A DNA stretch of 64,000 nt from contig NC_086109.1 of NCBI RefSeq assembly GCF_963921235.1, positions 14,386,001-14,450,000 of the forward strand, read 5' to 3'. The position numbers and the translations under genes are program-made. Below, piece by piece: positions 49,022 through 60,735 of the stretch; the stretch's first letter is position 1; each line of letters starts with the position of its first letter. The stretch comes from Mobula hypostoma. Its lineage: Eukaryota. Below the pieces are notes generated by a model. The model saw only the letters and a program-made list of their open reading frames with translations, did no database searches and was not told where the DNA came from.

Positions 49022-49046
49022 TCTGTGTGTCTGTTAAAGAAATCAT
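49022..49046 (-). CDS. golt1a: GOLT1 coding exon 1 (MISLTDTQ + 1 nt)
   Basis: Minus strand ATG ATT TCT TTA ACA GAC ACA CAG A|gtaagt. Matches the GOLT1B N-terminus MISLTDTQK; phase 1 fits exon 2. Confidence 0.93.
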
Positions 49047-49139
49047 TCTCTTTCAATGCACTTTCTTCAAAAAGTAATATTCATTCAGAATTTTTTCTGC
49101 CTCCCAGTGCGTCGTTGCAAAAGGTGACCCTTGCTCCAG

Positions 49140-49215
49140 CTATTAGTCCAATTTATTGTGGGAATAGCTACTGAGTAATCACAACCCAAGGGAGTGTGGC
49201 AAAGTCCACTCCATT
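49140..49215 (-). promoter_or_regulatory. Putative GOLT1 proximal promoter with HNF4-type motif
   Basis: Non-repetitive DNA 100-170 nt upstream of the ATG: CAAAGTCCA at 49200-49208, TGAGTAA at 49172-49178, CCAAT at 49148-49152. Motif matches only. Confidence 0.4.
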
Positions 49216-52200
49216 ATCCCACGTAAAAAACAATTATCCTTTGTCGTCAGAATTTGTAATCTTAATTCTGGCATCTAGCTAGAGCACAAAGTACGTTTTC
49301 TTTCAATTTCCTTTTCCCTATCTGTGCATCAAATTATATTAGTGAGGACCAAGGGAACCATCTCAGTTATGTTTTGAGAAAGAGGATGAGAGCAGAAGTG
49401 AGGGAAATGACAGAAATGCAATGATAGGAGGATGGACACCCAGAGACTTTTTTCTTCATTGTGGAAATAGCGAATACGAGGGTGCTTAGTTTTGAAGTGT
49501 TTAGAGGATAGTATGGGCTGGAATGTCAGAGGTACACAGAGAGAGACATGTGCAAGGAATGCACTGACTGAGGTGGTGGTGGAGGTAGCTTCATTGGGGA
49601 CACTTAGGAGACTCTTGACATGGATGAAGGAAAAATGGAGAGATATGTGAGAGGGACTTACTTACCTAAGCGCATCACCTCTGCTGGGGTATAGGTCACT
49701 GAGAGCAGCTCACCAGAGCCCTCTGTCCTGGGCCAGTCTTTCAAGCTGTCCTCAGGTGTAGCCCATCGTTGACAATTCTTCCTCTCCCAGGGGTGAGATC
49801 TTAGGAGCTTCTTGTTTCTGTAGCACTGGGTTTTTACGGGAAAGGATTGCTACTCCCATGCCCAACCCTCCTCCTCTTGCAGCCAGGCGTGAGTCTGTCC
49901 ATGTCGGAGGGAAGCATTAGGTTAATCTTGGAGGAGGGTGTAAGGTCGTTGTAACATTGTGGGCTGACGGCCTGTACTGTGCTTTGCTGTTCTATGTTCT
50001 AGAAAGCATTTAACTCTATTTGTCTCAATCACATACAGCGGTGGTTATTTCCACAAGAAAGACATGATGGATAAGCTGGGAAGTAACAAAGGTTTATAAC
50101 ACCATAGTTGTTCTGTTACTAGACTTATCAGTTAGACATTGGTCAGGAGTTTAAAACCCATCCTGGCATCTGGAATTCAAGTTCACACAATGAAATTTAT
50201 TTATTACACAGCAGTATTCATTTTTTTGTTCTCACTCCTCCAGCATCTGCAGAGAGAGAAACAGAGATGATGGTTCAGTTTCAACAAACCATCTGCTGGA
50301 GGATCTCATTAGGTTAAGCAGCACTTGTAAAAGAATTGTCAATGTTTCAGGGATCAAAAGCTTGCATCAATTCATCTCTCCCTCCATCCCACCCCCACAG
50401 ATGCATTTCATTTTTAAAATCTTTTTATTGATATATAATCTTCTACAGCCATAAAATACAGAAGTTCAGCAAATTAGTATATATATAATTAATAAAGCTG
50501 AAAAAAACATATGCTAATGAAAAAAAATTTTATATAAGAAAAAGAAGGAAAAAAGAGAATCCCAACTAACTGAAAAAAAAACCCCACTAACTACAAAACA
50601 AAAAAAAAGAAAAAAAACCATTAGGAACCAACTCCCGGAGCAATACGTCTTACAATCATTTATATATATAAGAGATGAAAAAGAAAACAACAACTGCCAA
50701 CTCACATTTATATAACATAAAATTGGAAGGAAACCATATAAATTAATTCAAATTAAATGATAATATTTGACAAAAGAGCCCCCACAGATGCTGTACAACC
50801 CACTGAGATGCTACAGCAGATTGTTTGTTGCTCCAGATTTGAGCATCTGAAGTCTGTGTCTTTAATTTAGGAACGTCGACTCAGATCACCAGAGGCCTGT
50901 GTCGGGCATTTTCATGCCTTACAGGGCGCAGATTGGAAGTCTGTGTGGGGCACCACTCCTCGCACAGACTAGAGCAATGTGTGGTTAAGTGCCTTGCTCA
51001 AGGGCACAAACACGCTGCCACAGCTGTGGCTCGAACTAGTGACCTTCAAATCAGTGGACAAACGCCTTATCTACTTGGCCACGTGTCCAACACAAATTTA
51101 ATTTAGAATTAGGTTTATTATCAGTGACATGTACATCTCTCCCTTCCATCGGAAGGATCAACGTGAGCTGCTGCCGTAAGAAGACAACACCCATCATCAG
51201 AGATCATCATTTGGGCCAGGCCATCTTCTCACAGTTATCATCAGGCAGGCGGTACAGAAGTTTGAAGTCCAGCACCACCAGGTTCAAGAACAGCTATGTC
51301 CCTTCTGGTCGTTTTTTGAACCAACCCTAATCATTCCCTCAGTATAACAACCACACAACGAATGATTTTTTTTGTTCTAATTGCATTCTTTTCTTATATA
51401 ATTTTGTATAATTTATGTTTATGTTTTTTTCTTGTGAATGTCATGTATCTGGCATTATGTGCCTGTGATACTGCAGCAAGTTCTTTGTTGCATCTATGTC
51501 TACATGTACTTGTGCTTACGACAATAAACTCAACTTCCGCTTTGATTTTGAATGTGGAGGCTGGTGGAAGGGAAGATTTAGGACAAGAGGAACCATGTAA
51601 CCACTTTATTCCGGTGAGAAGATGTCATCATCAGAACAAATACTACTGAGCTTAAGAAACTGAGGAAATTTCTACCTTTGATGAAAGAAACATCAGTTCT
51701 TTTTCTCTCTCTGTAGATGCTGAGTGACCCACTGGATATTTCAGCTCTATTTCACTCTCCACATATGCTCTTTGAGCCACTGAGTATTTCAGAAAGGCAC
51801 TTGGACAGGTATTTCAACTGAAAAGGTGTTAATGCAGCTAATGGGCCTAATGCAGGCAAGTGGAATTACTGTAGATAGGTAAATTAGGTATCATCATTGC
51901 CATGGACAAGGTGGGCACAAAGGGCCCATTTCTGTGCTGTACAATTCTATGATTTCCACCACGTACTGTAGTCTTTGCTTTTTGATTAACTGGTATGACT
52001 TTAGCTGCTGAATCCTTCCCACCACTGGAAGAGGGCCTTTAATTTGGAAGTGCCAAAGATACTTAGCCAGGTTCATTCACATTACAGTAACCACCCTTCC
52101 CTCTATAGACTCTGTCTATACTTCTCTTTGCCTCTGCTCCTATCGGGCAGAAGATACAACAGCCTGAAAGGATGTACTGACAGGGTTAAGAAGAGCTTTT

Positions 52201-52268
52201 ACCCCACTGTTATAAGATTATTGAATGGTCCCCTAATGGACTCTTGACATAACAATCTAGCTCAATAT

Positions 52269-55200
52269 AGAAAACATAGAAACCATAGAAAAACTACAGC
52301 ACAGAAACAGGCCTTTTGGCCCTCCTTGGCAGTGCCAAACCATTTTCTGCCTAGTCCCACTGACCTGCACACGGACCATATCCCTCCATACACCTCCTAT
52401 CCATGTATCTGTCCAATTTATTCTTAAATGTTAAAAAAGAACCCGCATTTACCAACTCGTCTGACAGCTCGTTCCATACTCCCACCACTCTTCTGTGTGA
52501 AGAAGCCCTCCCCCAACATGTTCCCTTTAAACTTTTCCCCCCTCACCCTTAACCCATGTCCTCTGGTTTTTTTCTCCCCTTGCCTCAGTGGAAAAAGCCT
52601 GCTTGCATTCATTCTATCTATACTCATCATAATTTTATACACCTCTATCAAATCTCCCCTCATTCTTCTACGCTCCAGGGAATAAAGTCCTAACCTATTC
52701 AACCTTTCTCTGTAACTGAGTTTCTCAAGTCCCAGCAACATCCTCGTAAACCTTCTCTGTGCTCTTTCAACCTTATTAATATCCTTCCTGTAATTTGGTG
52801 ACCAAAACTGAACACAATACTCCAGATTCGGCCTCACCAATGCCTTATACAACCTCATCATAACATTCCAGCTCTTATACTCAATACTTTGATTAATAAA
52901 AGCCAATGTACCAAAAGCTCTCTTTACGACCCTATCTACCTGTGACACCACTTTTAGGGAATTTTGTATCTGTATTCCCAGATCCCTCTGTTCTACTGCA
53001 CTCTTCAGTGCCTTACCATTTACCCTGTATGTTCTACCTTGGTTTATCCTTTCAAAGTGCAATACCTCACACTCGTCTGTATTAAACTCCATCTGCCTTT
53101 TTACAGCCCATTTTTCCAGCTGGTCCAAGTCCCTCTGCAGGCTCTGAAAACCTTCCTCACTGTCCACTACACCTCCAATCTTTGTATCATCAGCAAATTT
53201 GCTGATCCAATTCACCATATTATCATACAGATCATTGATATAGATGACAAATAACAATGGACCCAGCACTGATCCCTGTGGCACACCACTAGTCAGGCCT
53301 CCACTCTGAGAAGCAATTCTCTACTACCACTCTTTGGCTTCTTCCATTGAGCCAATGTCTAATCCAATTTACCACCTCTCCATGTATACCTAGCGACTGA
53401 ATTTTCCTAACTAACCTCCCATGCGGGACCTTGTCAAAGGCCTTACTGAAGTCCATGCAGACAATATCCACTGCCTTCCCTTCATCCACTTTCCTGGTAA
53501 CCTCCTTGAAAAACTCCAATAGATTGGTCAGACATGACCTACCATGCACAAAGCCATGTTGACTCTCCCTAATAAGTCCCTGTCTATCCAAACGCTTGTA
53601 GATTCTGTCTCTTAGTACTCCCTCCAATAACTTACCCACTACCAACGTCAAACTTACTGGCCTATAATTTCCTGGATTACTTTTCGATCCTTTTTTAAAC
53701 AACGGAACAACATGAGCTACTCTCCAATCCTCCGGCACCTCACCCGTAGACACCGACATTTTAAATATATCTGCCAGGGCCCCTGCAATTTCAACACTAG
53801 TCTCCTTCAAGGTCCGAGGGAATACCCTGTCAGGTCCTGGGGATTTATCCACTTTAATTTGCCTCAAGATAGCAAGCACCTCCTCCTTTTCAATCTGTAC
53901 AGTTTCCATGATCTCACTACTTGTTTCCCTTAATTCCATAGACTTCATGCCAGTTTCCTTAGTAAATACAGATGCAAAAAACCTATTTAAGATCTCCCTC
54001 ATTTCTTTTGGTTCCGCACACAGCCGACCACTCTGATCTTCAAGAGGACCAATTTTATCCCTTACAATCCTTTTACTCTTAATATACCTGTAAAAGCTCT
54101 TTGGATTATCCTTCACTTTGACTGCCAAGGCAACCTTATGTCTTCTTTTAGCCCTCCTGATTTCTTTAAGTATTTTCTTGCACTTGTTATATTCCTCAAG
54201 CACCTTATTTACTCCGTTTCCTATACATGTCATACAACTCCCTCTTCTTCTTTATCAGAGTTGCATTATCCTTTGAGAACCAAGGTTCCGTATTCCTATT
54301 CATTTTGCCTTTAATCCTGACAGGAACATACAAGCTCTGCACTCTCAAAATTTCTCCTTTGAAGGCTTCCCACTTACCAATCACATCCTTGCCGGAGAAC
54401 AACCTGTCCCAATCCATGCTTTTTAGATCCTTTCTCATTTCTTCAAATTTGGCCTTCTTCTAGTTAAGAACCTCAACCCTAGGACCAGATCTATCCTTGT
54501 CCATGATCAAACTGAAACTAATGGTTTTATGATCACTGGAACCAAAGTGCTTCCCTGCACACACTTCCGTCACTTGTCCTAACTCGTTTCCTAACAGGAG
54601 ATCCAATATTGCATCCCCTCTAGTTGGTACCTCTATATATTGATTTAGAAAACTTTCCTGAACACATTTTACAAACTCTAAACTATCTAGATCCCTAACA
54701 GTATGGGAGTCCCAATCAATATATGGAAAATTAAAATCCCCTACCACCACAACTTTATGTTTCCTGCAGTTGCCTGCTATCTCTCTGCAGATCTGCTCCT
54801 CCAATTCTCGCTGACTATTGGGTGGTCTATAATACAACCCCACTAATGTGGCCATACCTTTCCTGTTTCTCAGCTCCACCCATAAAGACTCAGTAGACAA
54901 GGCCTCTAATCTGTCATGCCTGAGCACTGCTGTAACATTTTCCCTAACAAGCAATGCTACCCCCCCCCCCCCACCTTTCATTCCTCTGCCTCTATCACAT
55001 CTGAAGCATCGGAACCCTGGAATATTAAGCTGCCAGTCCTGCCCCTCCTGTAGCCAAGTTTCACTTATTGCTATAACGTCTTAATTCCACGTGTAAATCC
55101 ACACCCTCAACTCGTCTGCCTTCCCCGCAATACTCCTAGCATTTAAATAGATACACCTCAGAAGATTTTTACCACCACTCACAATCTTTCTATTTGCGGC

Positions 55201-56383
55201 TTTGCTTGAACTTTTAACATCATTTATTTTCACCCCAGCCACACTGACAGCCCTGGCATTCTGGTTCCGATCCCCCTGCAAATCTAGTTTAAGGCCTCCC
55301 CAATAGCACCAACAAACCTCCCTGATAAGGATAAAGGAACTACACCAGTTCCTCAGCCACTTGTTCATCCTCCACAGCATCCTATTCTTACCCTCACTGG
55401 CATGTAGCACAGGTAGCAATCCTGAGATCACCACCCTCGAGGTCCTGCTTTTCAACTTCCTACCAAGCTCTCTATACTCACTCTCCAGGACCTCCTCACT
55501 CTTCCTTGCTATGTCATTGGTACCGATGTGCACCACGACATCTGGCTGATCACCCTCCCACTTCAGAATGTCATGCAAGCGATCAGAGACATCCTTGACC
55601 CTGGCACCCGGGAGGCAAGAAATCTGTACCTCTAACTATCGAGTCCCCTATCAGTACTGCTCTCCTCTTTTTCCACCCTCCCTTCTGCACTGCAGAGGCA
55701 GACTCAGTGCCAGAGATCTGGCTGCTGCAACTTGTCCCAGGCAAGTCATCTCACCCCCCCAACAGTATCCAATGCAGTACACTTGTTGTTGAGGGGAATG
55801 GTCACAGGGGAACCCTGCTCTGCTTGCCCTTTCCTCTTCCCTCGCCTGACAGTGACCCAATTTCCTGTGCTCTGCTCCTTTGGCGTAACTACCTCCCTGT
55901 AGCTAATATCTATAATCTCCTCATTCTCCCGAATGATCCGAAGGTCATCCAGCTCCTGCTCCAGTTCCCTAACGCAGTTTGTTAGGAGCTGCAGCTGGAT
56001 GCACTTCTTGCTGGTGTCATTGTCAGGGACACCGGAGGGCTCCCTGACTTCCCACATCCTGCAAGAGGAGCATTCCAACATCCTGCCTGGCATTCTCTCT
56101 ACTCTAAACAATCTGAACGAAAAACTTACTGGAACCTACCCTGGCCTCTGCCTGTTCTCACCGAAGCCTGTTGAGCCAAAGCCGTCCCACTCTGACTCAG
56201 TCCACTCTGACGATGGCCGCTACGATGACGGCCACTGTATATGGTGGTCTGTTTTTAAACCTTGGCGCGCTACATCACACGCCTGCGCAGTGCAGACCCT
56301 TCTCCCCAAGCAGTGTTTTAAAAAAACTTTTTCTACCCAATTTCTTCACACCCTTCTTCCAGCTGCTTGCTTCGACTTGCTGA
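52269..56383 (-). mobile_element. Full-length CR1 LINE (ORF1 Cys-motif + SGNH esterase; ORF2 endonuclease + RT) with target-site duplication
   Basis: ORF1 CSSCRMWE...VVVHIGTND; ORF2 GDFN, NYRPVSLT, PQGSVLGP, KFADD; 3' tail repeats; CAATAT at 52263-52268 and 56384-56389. A few stops, frameshifts and deletions. Confidence 0.96.
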
Positions 56384-58129
56384 CAATATGTTCTTGCATC
56401 TTATTGTCTACCTGCACTGCACTTTCTCTGTAGCTGTTACACTTCATTCTGCATTCTATTATTGTTTTACTTTGTACTATCTCAAAGCATTTTTGTAATA
56501 ATTTGACCTGAATGAACATTACTTAAGATAAACTTTTCACTGTATCTTGGTACATGTGACAATAATAAATCAGTTCCAAAAAGCTTCTTTAAAATCCTGC
56601 TTTGTCCCATCTTTGTCCTGCCTTCTTGCTCATGTGTAAATACATCTCAGCAGCTCTATGCCATATTTTGTTTAATGGCCCCTTATGACAGATCTTCTAT
56701 GTCACCTTTCTTGCCCAAATTCCATTTCCCTGAAGTTCAAACATCTAAATCTTCAGTATGCTCTTCCCCCTGAAGTAAAGGAATTCTAATCCTCTAAAAC
56801 CAGGGGTTCGCAGCCTGGGGTCCATGGATCCCTTGGTTAATGGCAGGGGTCCATGGCATAAAAAAGGTTGTGAAGAAGAGTCTAAATAAATTTCTCTTCA
56901 TCTCTGTCCTAAAATCGGAATCTATGACCAGAGTTTTTCCTAAGTTCTACCACATTAAGGGTGTTACATATTTGTAAGATGTTGCTGATCCATTGCAGAA
57001 TGCAATTCCAACACACTGGGGATTCAACCTGCTGCATCATCCACTCTGAGGCACAAGTTTGTTATTTCAGTCGAGAAGGTGAGCAGTTCTTCAAAAGGTT
57101 ACAATGAAGTAGAGTGTATCACTTCAGTTGTGTCCATATGGAGTGACAAAGCGCGGATTCACAGCTCCTCTTCTTGTACAAATTAGCATCATTTTTCAAA
57201 AATCGACCCCGCGAGGTCATCTTCCTCATTTAATCATTTTTAGCACATTAAAGATAGATTTTGAGGTGGTTCTCATTATAGATGAGTACATTTCACATTG
57301 TGACATTTCCATTCAGCCATCCTGTGATGCTTAACGTGACACTAGTGAATGCAACAGTACATTATGAGACACTGTTTCTTGGCTTGATAAGACATTAAAC
57401 CAAAACCTCATTTTCCCATTTTGAAATTATCCAAACATCAAGGGTTAGTTCATTATGTATGATTCACAATGGATCTATGAATTCTAAATCCATATCTGAT
57501 TTAAATTATACAGTACTTTCCCCAAATAAGGCTTCTAATAAACAAGCTTCATTTGTTTTTCCTGAAGTGCATTGGCAATAAACATGATGTATTTCTGCTG
57601 ATTCAAATTGTACTGGGATATGTTACCCTTTCTAGTTCTTTGCGAATCACTGTTCTCCCTATGCTTTTGAAATGAAGCTTTTTACACTTCATTCTGCATT
57701 GCTATTGTTTTACCTTATTCTGCCTCAATGCACTGTGACCCCTTCCCTCACGTTTTTATTCCTCTTCCTTTTCAGTCCTGAAGAAGGGTCTTGAATTGAA
57801 ATATTGACTGTTTATTCATTTCCATAGATGCTGCCTGACCTGCTGAGTTCCTGCAGCATTTTACATGTGTTAGCATACAAAACAACCTATTCACTGTATC
57901 TTAGGACATCTGACAACAATTAACCAATACCAATAATGAACTAATACCAAATCTCTCAACACTATGATGCAAAACAGCTCAAACACCACCCTAAACCAGT
58001 GGTTGCCCTGTATATTATCTACTAAATGCACTGTTTACGCACTCAGGCTGTTGCTGCTGGGCCGTGCAAGTCTACAACCTCCAATAAAGGGGCTTAGCCC
58101 CGTGCAAGACTCTTAGAAGATTACTTCAC

Positions 58130-58757
58130 AGGTTGAGTCTGTGGTAAGGAAGGCTAATGCAATGCTGGCATTCAATTCAAGGGAAATAGAATATAAAAAT
58201 AAGGAGATAATGCTGAGCCTGTATAAGATACTAGTTAGGCTGCATTTGGAGTATTGTCAACAGTTTTGGGCCCCTTATTACAGAAGGGATGTATTATCAT
58301 TGGAGAGAGTCCAGGGGAGGTTCACAGGGATGATTCCGGGAACAAAGGGGTTAACATATGAGAAGTATTTGGCAGCTTTGGGCCTGTGCCCACTGGAATT
58401 TAGAAGAATGCGTGGATATCTCATTGAAACCTACCAAATGTTTCCTTTGGTGGGGCTATCCAGAACTAGAGGGCACAGCCTCAAAGTTAAGGGGCAACCA
58501 TTTAGAACCGAACTAAGGAGGACTTTTTTTTAGCCAAAGAGTGGTGACTCTGTGGAATTCTCTGCCACAGCCTGCGGTTGAGGCCAAGTGCGTGGGTATA
58601 CTTAAAGCGAAAGATAGTAAATTCCTGATTGGTTGGGGAATCAAAGGATATGGTGAGAGGGTAGGTGTATGGGGTTGAATGGGGTCTGGGATCAGACATG
58701 ATGAAATGCTGGAGCAGACTCAATGGGCTGAATGGCCTAATTCTGATCCTATGTCTT
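58130..58757 (+). mobile_element. CR1 LINE 3' fragment
   Basis: VRKANAMLAF.SR.IEYK...LEYC.QFWAP...LEFRRMRG.LIETY. Confidence 0.9.
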
Positions 58758-59818
58758 ATAGTCATAGTCATACTTTATTGATCCCAAGGGAAATTGGTTT
58801 TCGTTACAGTTGCACCATAACTAATTAAATAGTAATATGTAAATTATGCTAGGAAATAAGTCCAGGACCAGCCTATTGGCTCAGGGTGTCTGACCCTCCA
58901 AGGGAGGAGTTGTAAAGTTTGATGGCCACAGGCAGGAATGACTTCCTATGATGCTCAGTGTGGCATCTCGGTGGAATGAGTCTCTGGCTGAATGTACTCC
59001 TGTGCCCAACCAGTCCATTTTGTAGTGGATGGGAGACATTGTCCAAGATGGCATGGAACTTGGACAGCATAGCTATGGTTTAACTTCAAGGACCAGGTAG
59101 ATGTAGGGGAACACCATCACCTGTATATTCCCCTCCAAGTACACACCGTCCTGACTTGGAAATATATCAATTTCAAAATCGACATTGAACCCATGAACAC
59201 AACCTCACTACTTTTTTATTTGTTTTTTTTCTTGCACTACTTACTTTAACTTAACTATTTCATAGACATTTATATACTTAATGTACAAATAAGTTTTTCT
59301 TGGGCTTCCAGACAGGTACAGGTATCAATTCTAATCGGCATTTTGATGACAAACTCAGCAATCTTCATCAGGGATTTACCTCCGATGAAGGTAGCAGAGT
59401 TTGTCATTGAAATGTCAGTTACAATCAATATCTGTACCCAGCTGGAAATTCGAGAAAAGTTTATTTGTGAAAGCACCAAATCCTTTTATACTTACTGTAA
59501 TTTCAGTTTTTCCTCTAAATTTACTTTTCATATATTTCCTTGTACTGGCCGTAAAGTTAACAAATTTCATGACATATGCCGATGGGATATTAAACCTGAT
59601 TCTGATATCTTTGGTCCTATATTATTATTGGGCCTTGTATCTTGAATCTCCTTCCCGACAGCCTCTGTGGGAGTTTCTTTACCATTTTCTCATGGGTAAA
59701 TAAGGATAGGAAACAAATGCTGGCTTTGGCATAAGCACGCAGATTGCCAAAATATAAAATAAATCCAAGAGTGGGACTCACTGGAACAGTTCCACTAACA
59801 CATATGTGGTGCTATATA

Positions 59819-60393
59819 GACTCTTTGACCACCTTATTAGCTACAGGACCAGAACCTGGTGTGGTCTTCTATTGCTGGAGCCCATCCGCTTCAAGGTTTG
59901 TAGAGATGCTGTTCTGCACACCATTGTTATAATGTGTGGTTATTTGAGTTACTGTCTACATATTGTGTATTCAGAGATGCTTTTCTGCACACTACTGTTG
60001 CAAAGTGTGGATATTTGAGTTACTGTCACCTTCCCGTCAGCTTGAACCAGTCTGGCCATTTTCCTCTAACCTCACACATTAACAAGGCGTTTTCGCTCAC
60101 AAAACTGTTTTTTTTTGCACCATTCTCTCTAAACTCTAGAGACTGTTGTGCATGAAAATCCCAGGAGATCAACAGTTTCTGAGATGCTCAAAGCAGACCA
60201 TCTGGTACCAACAATTATTCCACAGGCAAAGTCAGCTAGATCACAATTCTTCCCCATTCTGATGCTTGGTCTGAACAACAACTGAACCTCTTGACCACGT
60301 CTGCATGCGTTTATGCATTGAGTTGCAGCCACGTGATTGACTGATTAGATATTTGCATTGTACTGGTGTACCTACTGAAGTGGCCACTGAGTG
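59819..60393 (-). mobile_element. Tc1/mariner non-autonomous derivative
   Basis: TA-flanked TIRs (gactctttgaccaccttattagctaca / tgtacctactgaagtggccactgagtg) and a minus-strand HTH-like peptide MGK..DL.DF..G.IVG.R...LSISET.DLLGFS.TTVSRV; internal ~55-bp direct duplication. Confidence 0.85.
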
Positions 60394-60629
60394 TACACGG
60401 AGCTATATAAATAGAAGTCTTTGTTCTTAACTAGGATTCATTTGAATTGGCAAAATTGTGTGCATGTTGATAGGCAAGGAACATATGGCAAAAGTAAGAA
60501 AACTAATTCTCAGACTTATTAAAACTACATTCTTTATGATAGCTTGGCATATGTTTTGTCAGGTAGAGAGAGAGCTTAAATAATCATCAGTATTGGTGTA
60601 AGTTTTAAGACAAACCCTGATAGAATTAT

Positions 60630-60735
60630 AAAAGCAACAAAGACATTTTTACATTCATTTTTTATTCTGGTTAGTTTTAATATTTTTCATAATAATTTTT
60701 GATATTTCTTTATTACAATACATAGATGTACATTA
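60630..60735 (-). terminator. Probable 3'UTR end / poly(A) region of an upstream minus-strand gene
   Basis: Minus strand reads tgtacatctatgtattgtAATAAA (60709-60714) ... ccagAATAAA (60661-60666) followed by GU-rich tctttgttgctttt, in AT-rich unique sequence. Confidence 0.5.

Larger units (their letters stand above)
16392..49046 (-). other. golt1a: Span of the five-exon GOLT1 (Got1/Sft2-like vesicle transport protein) gene, ATG to stop
   Basis: Five exons (25+92+179+82+39 = 417 nt) join in frame through GT-AG introns into a 138-aa hydrophobic protein that aligns end to end with vertebrate GOLT1A/GOLT1B as I recall them. A versus B assignment is inference. Confidence 0.93.
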
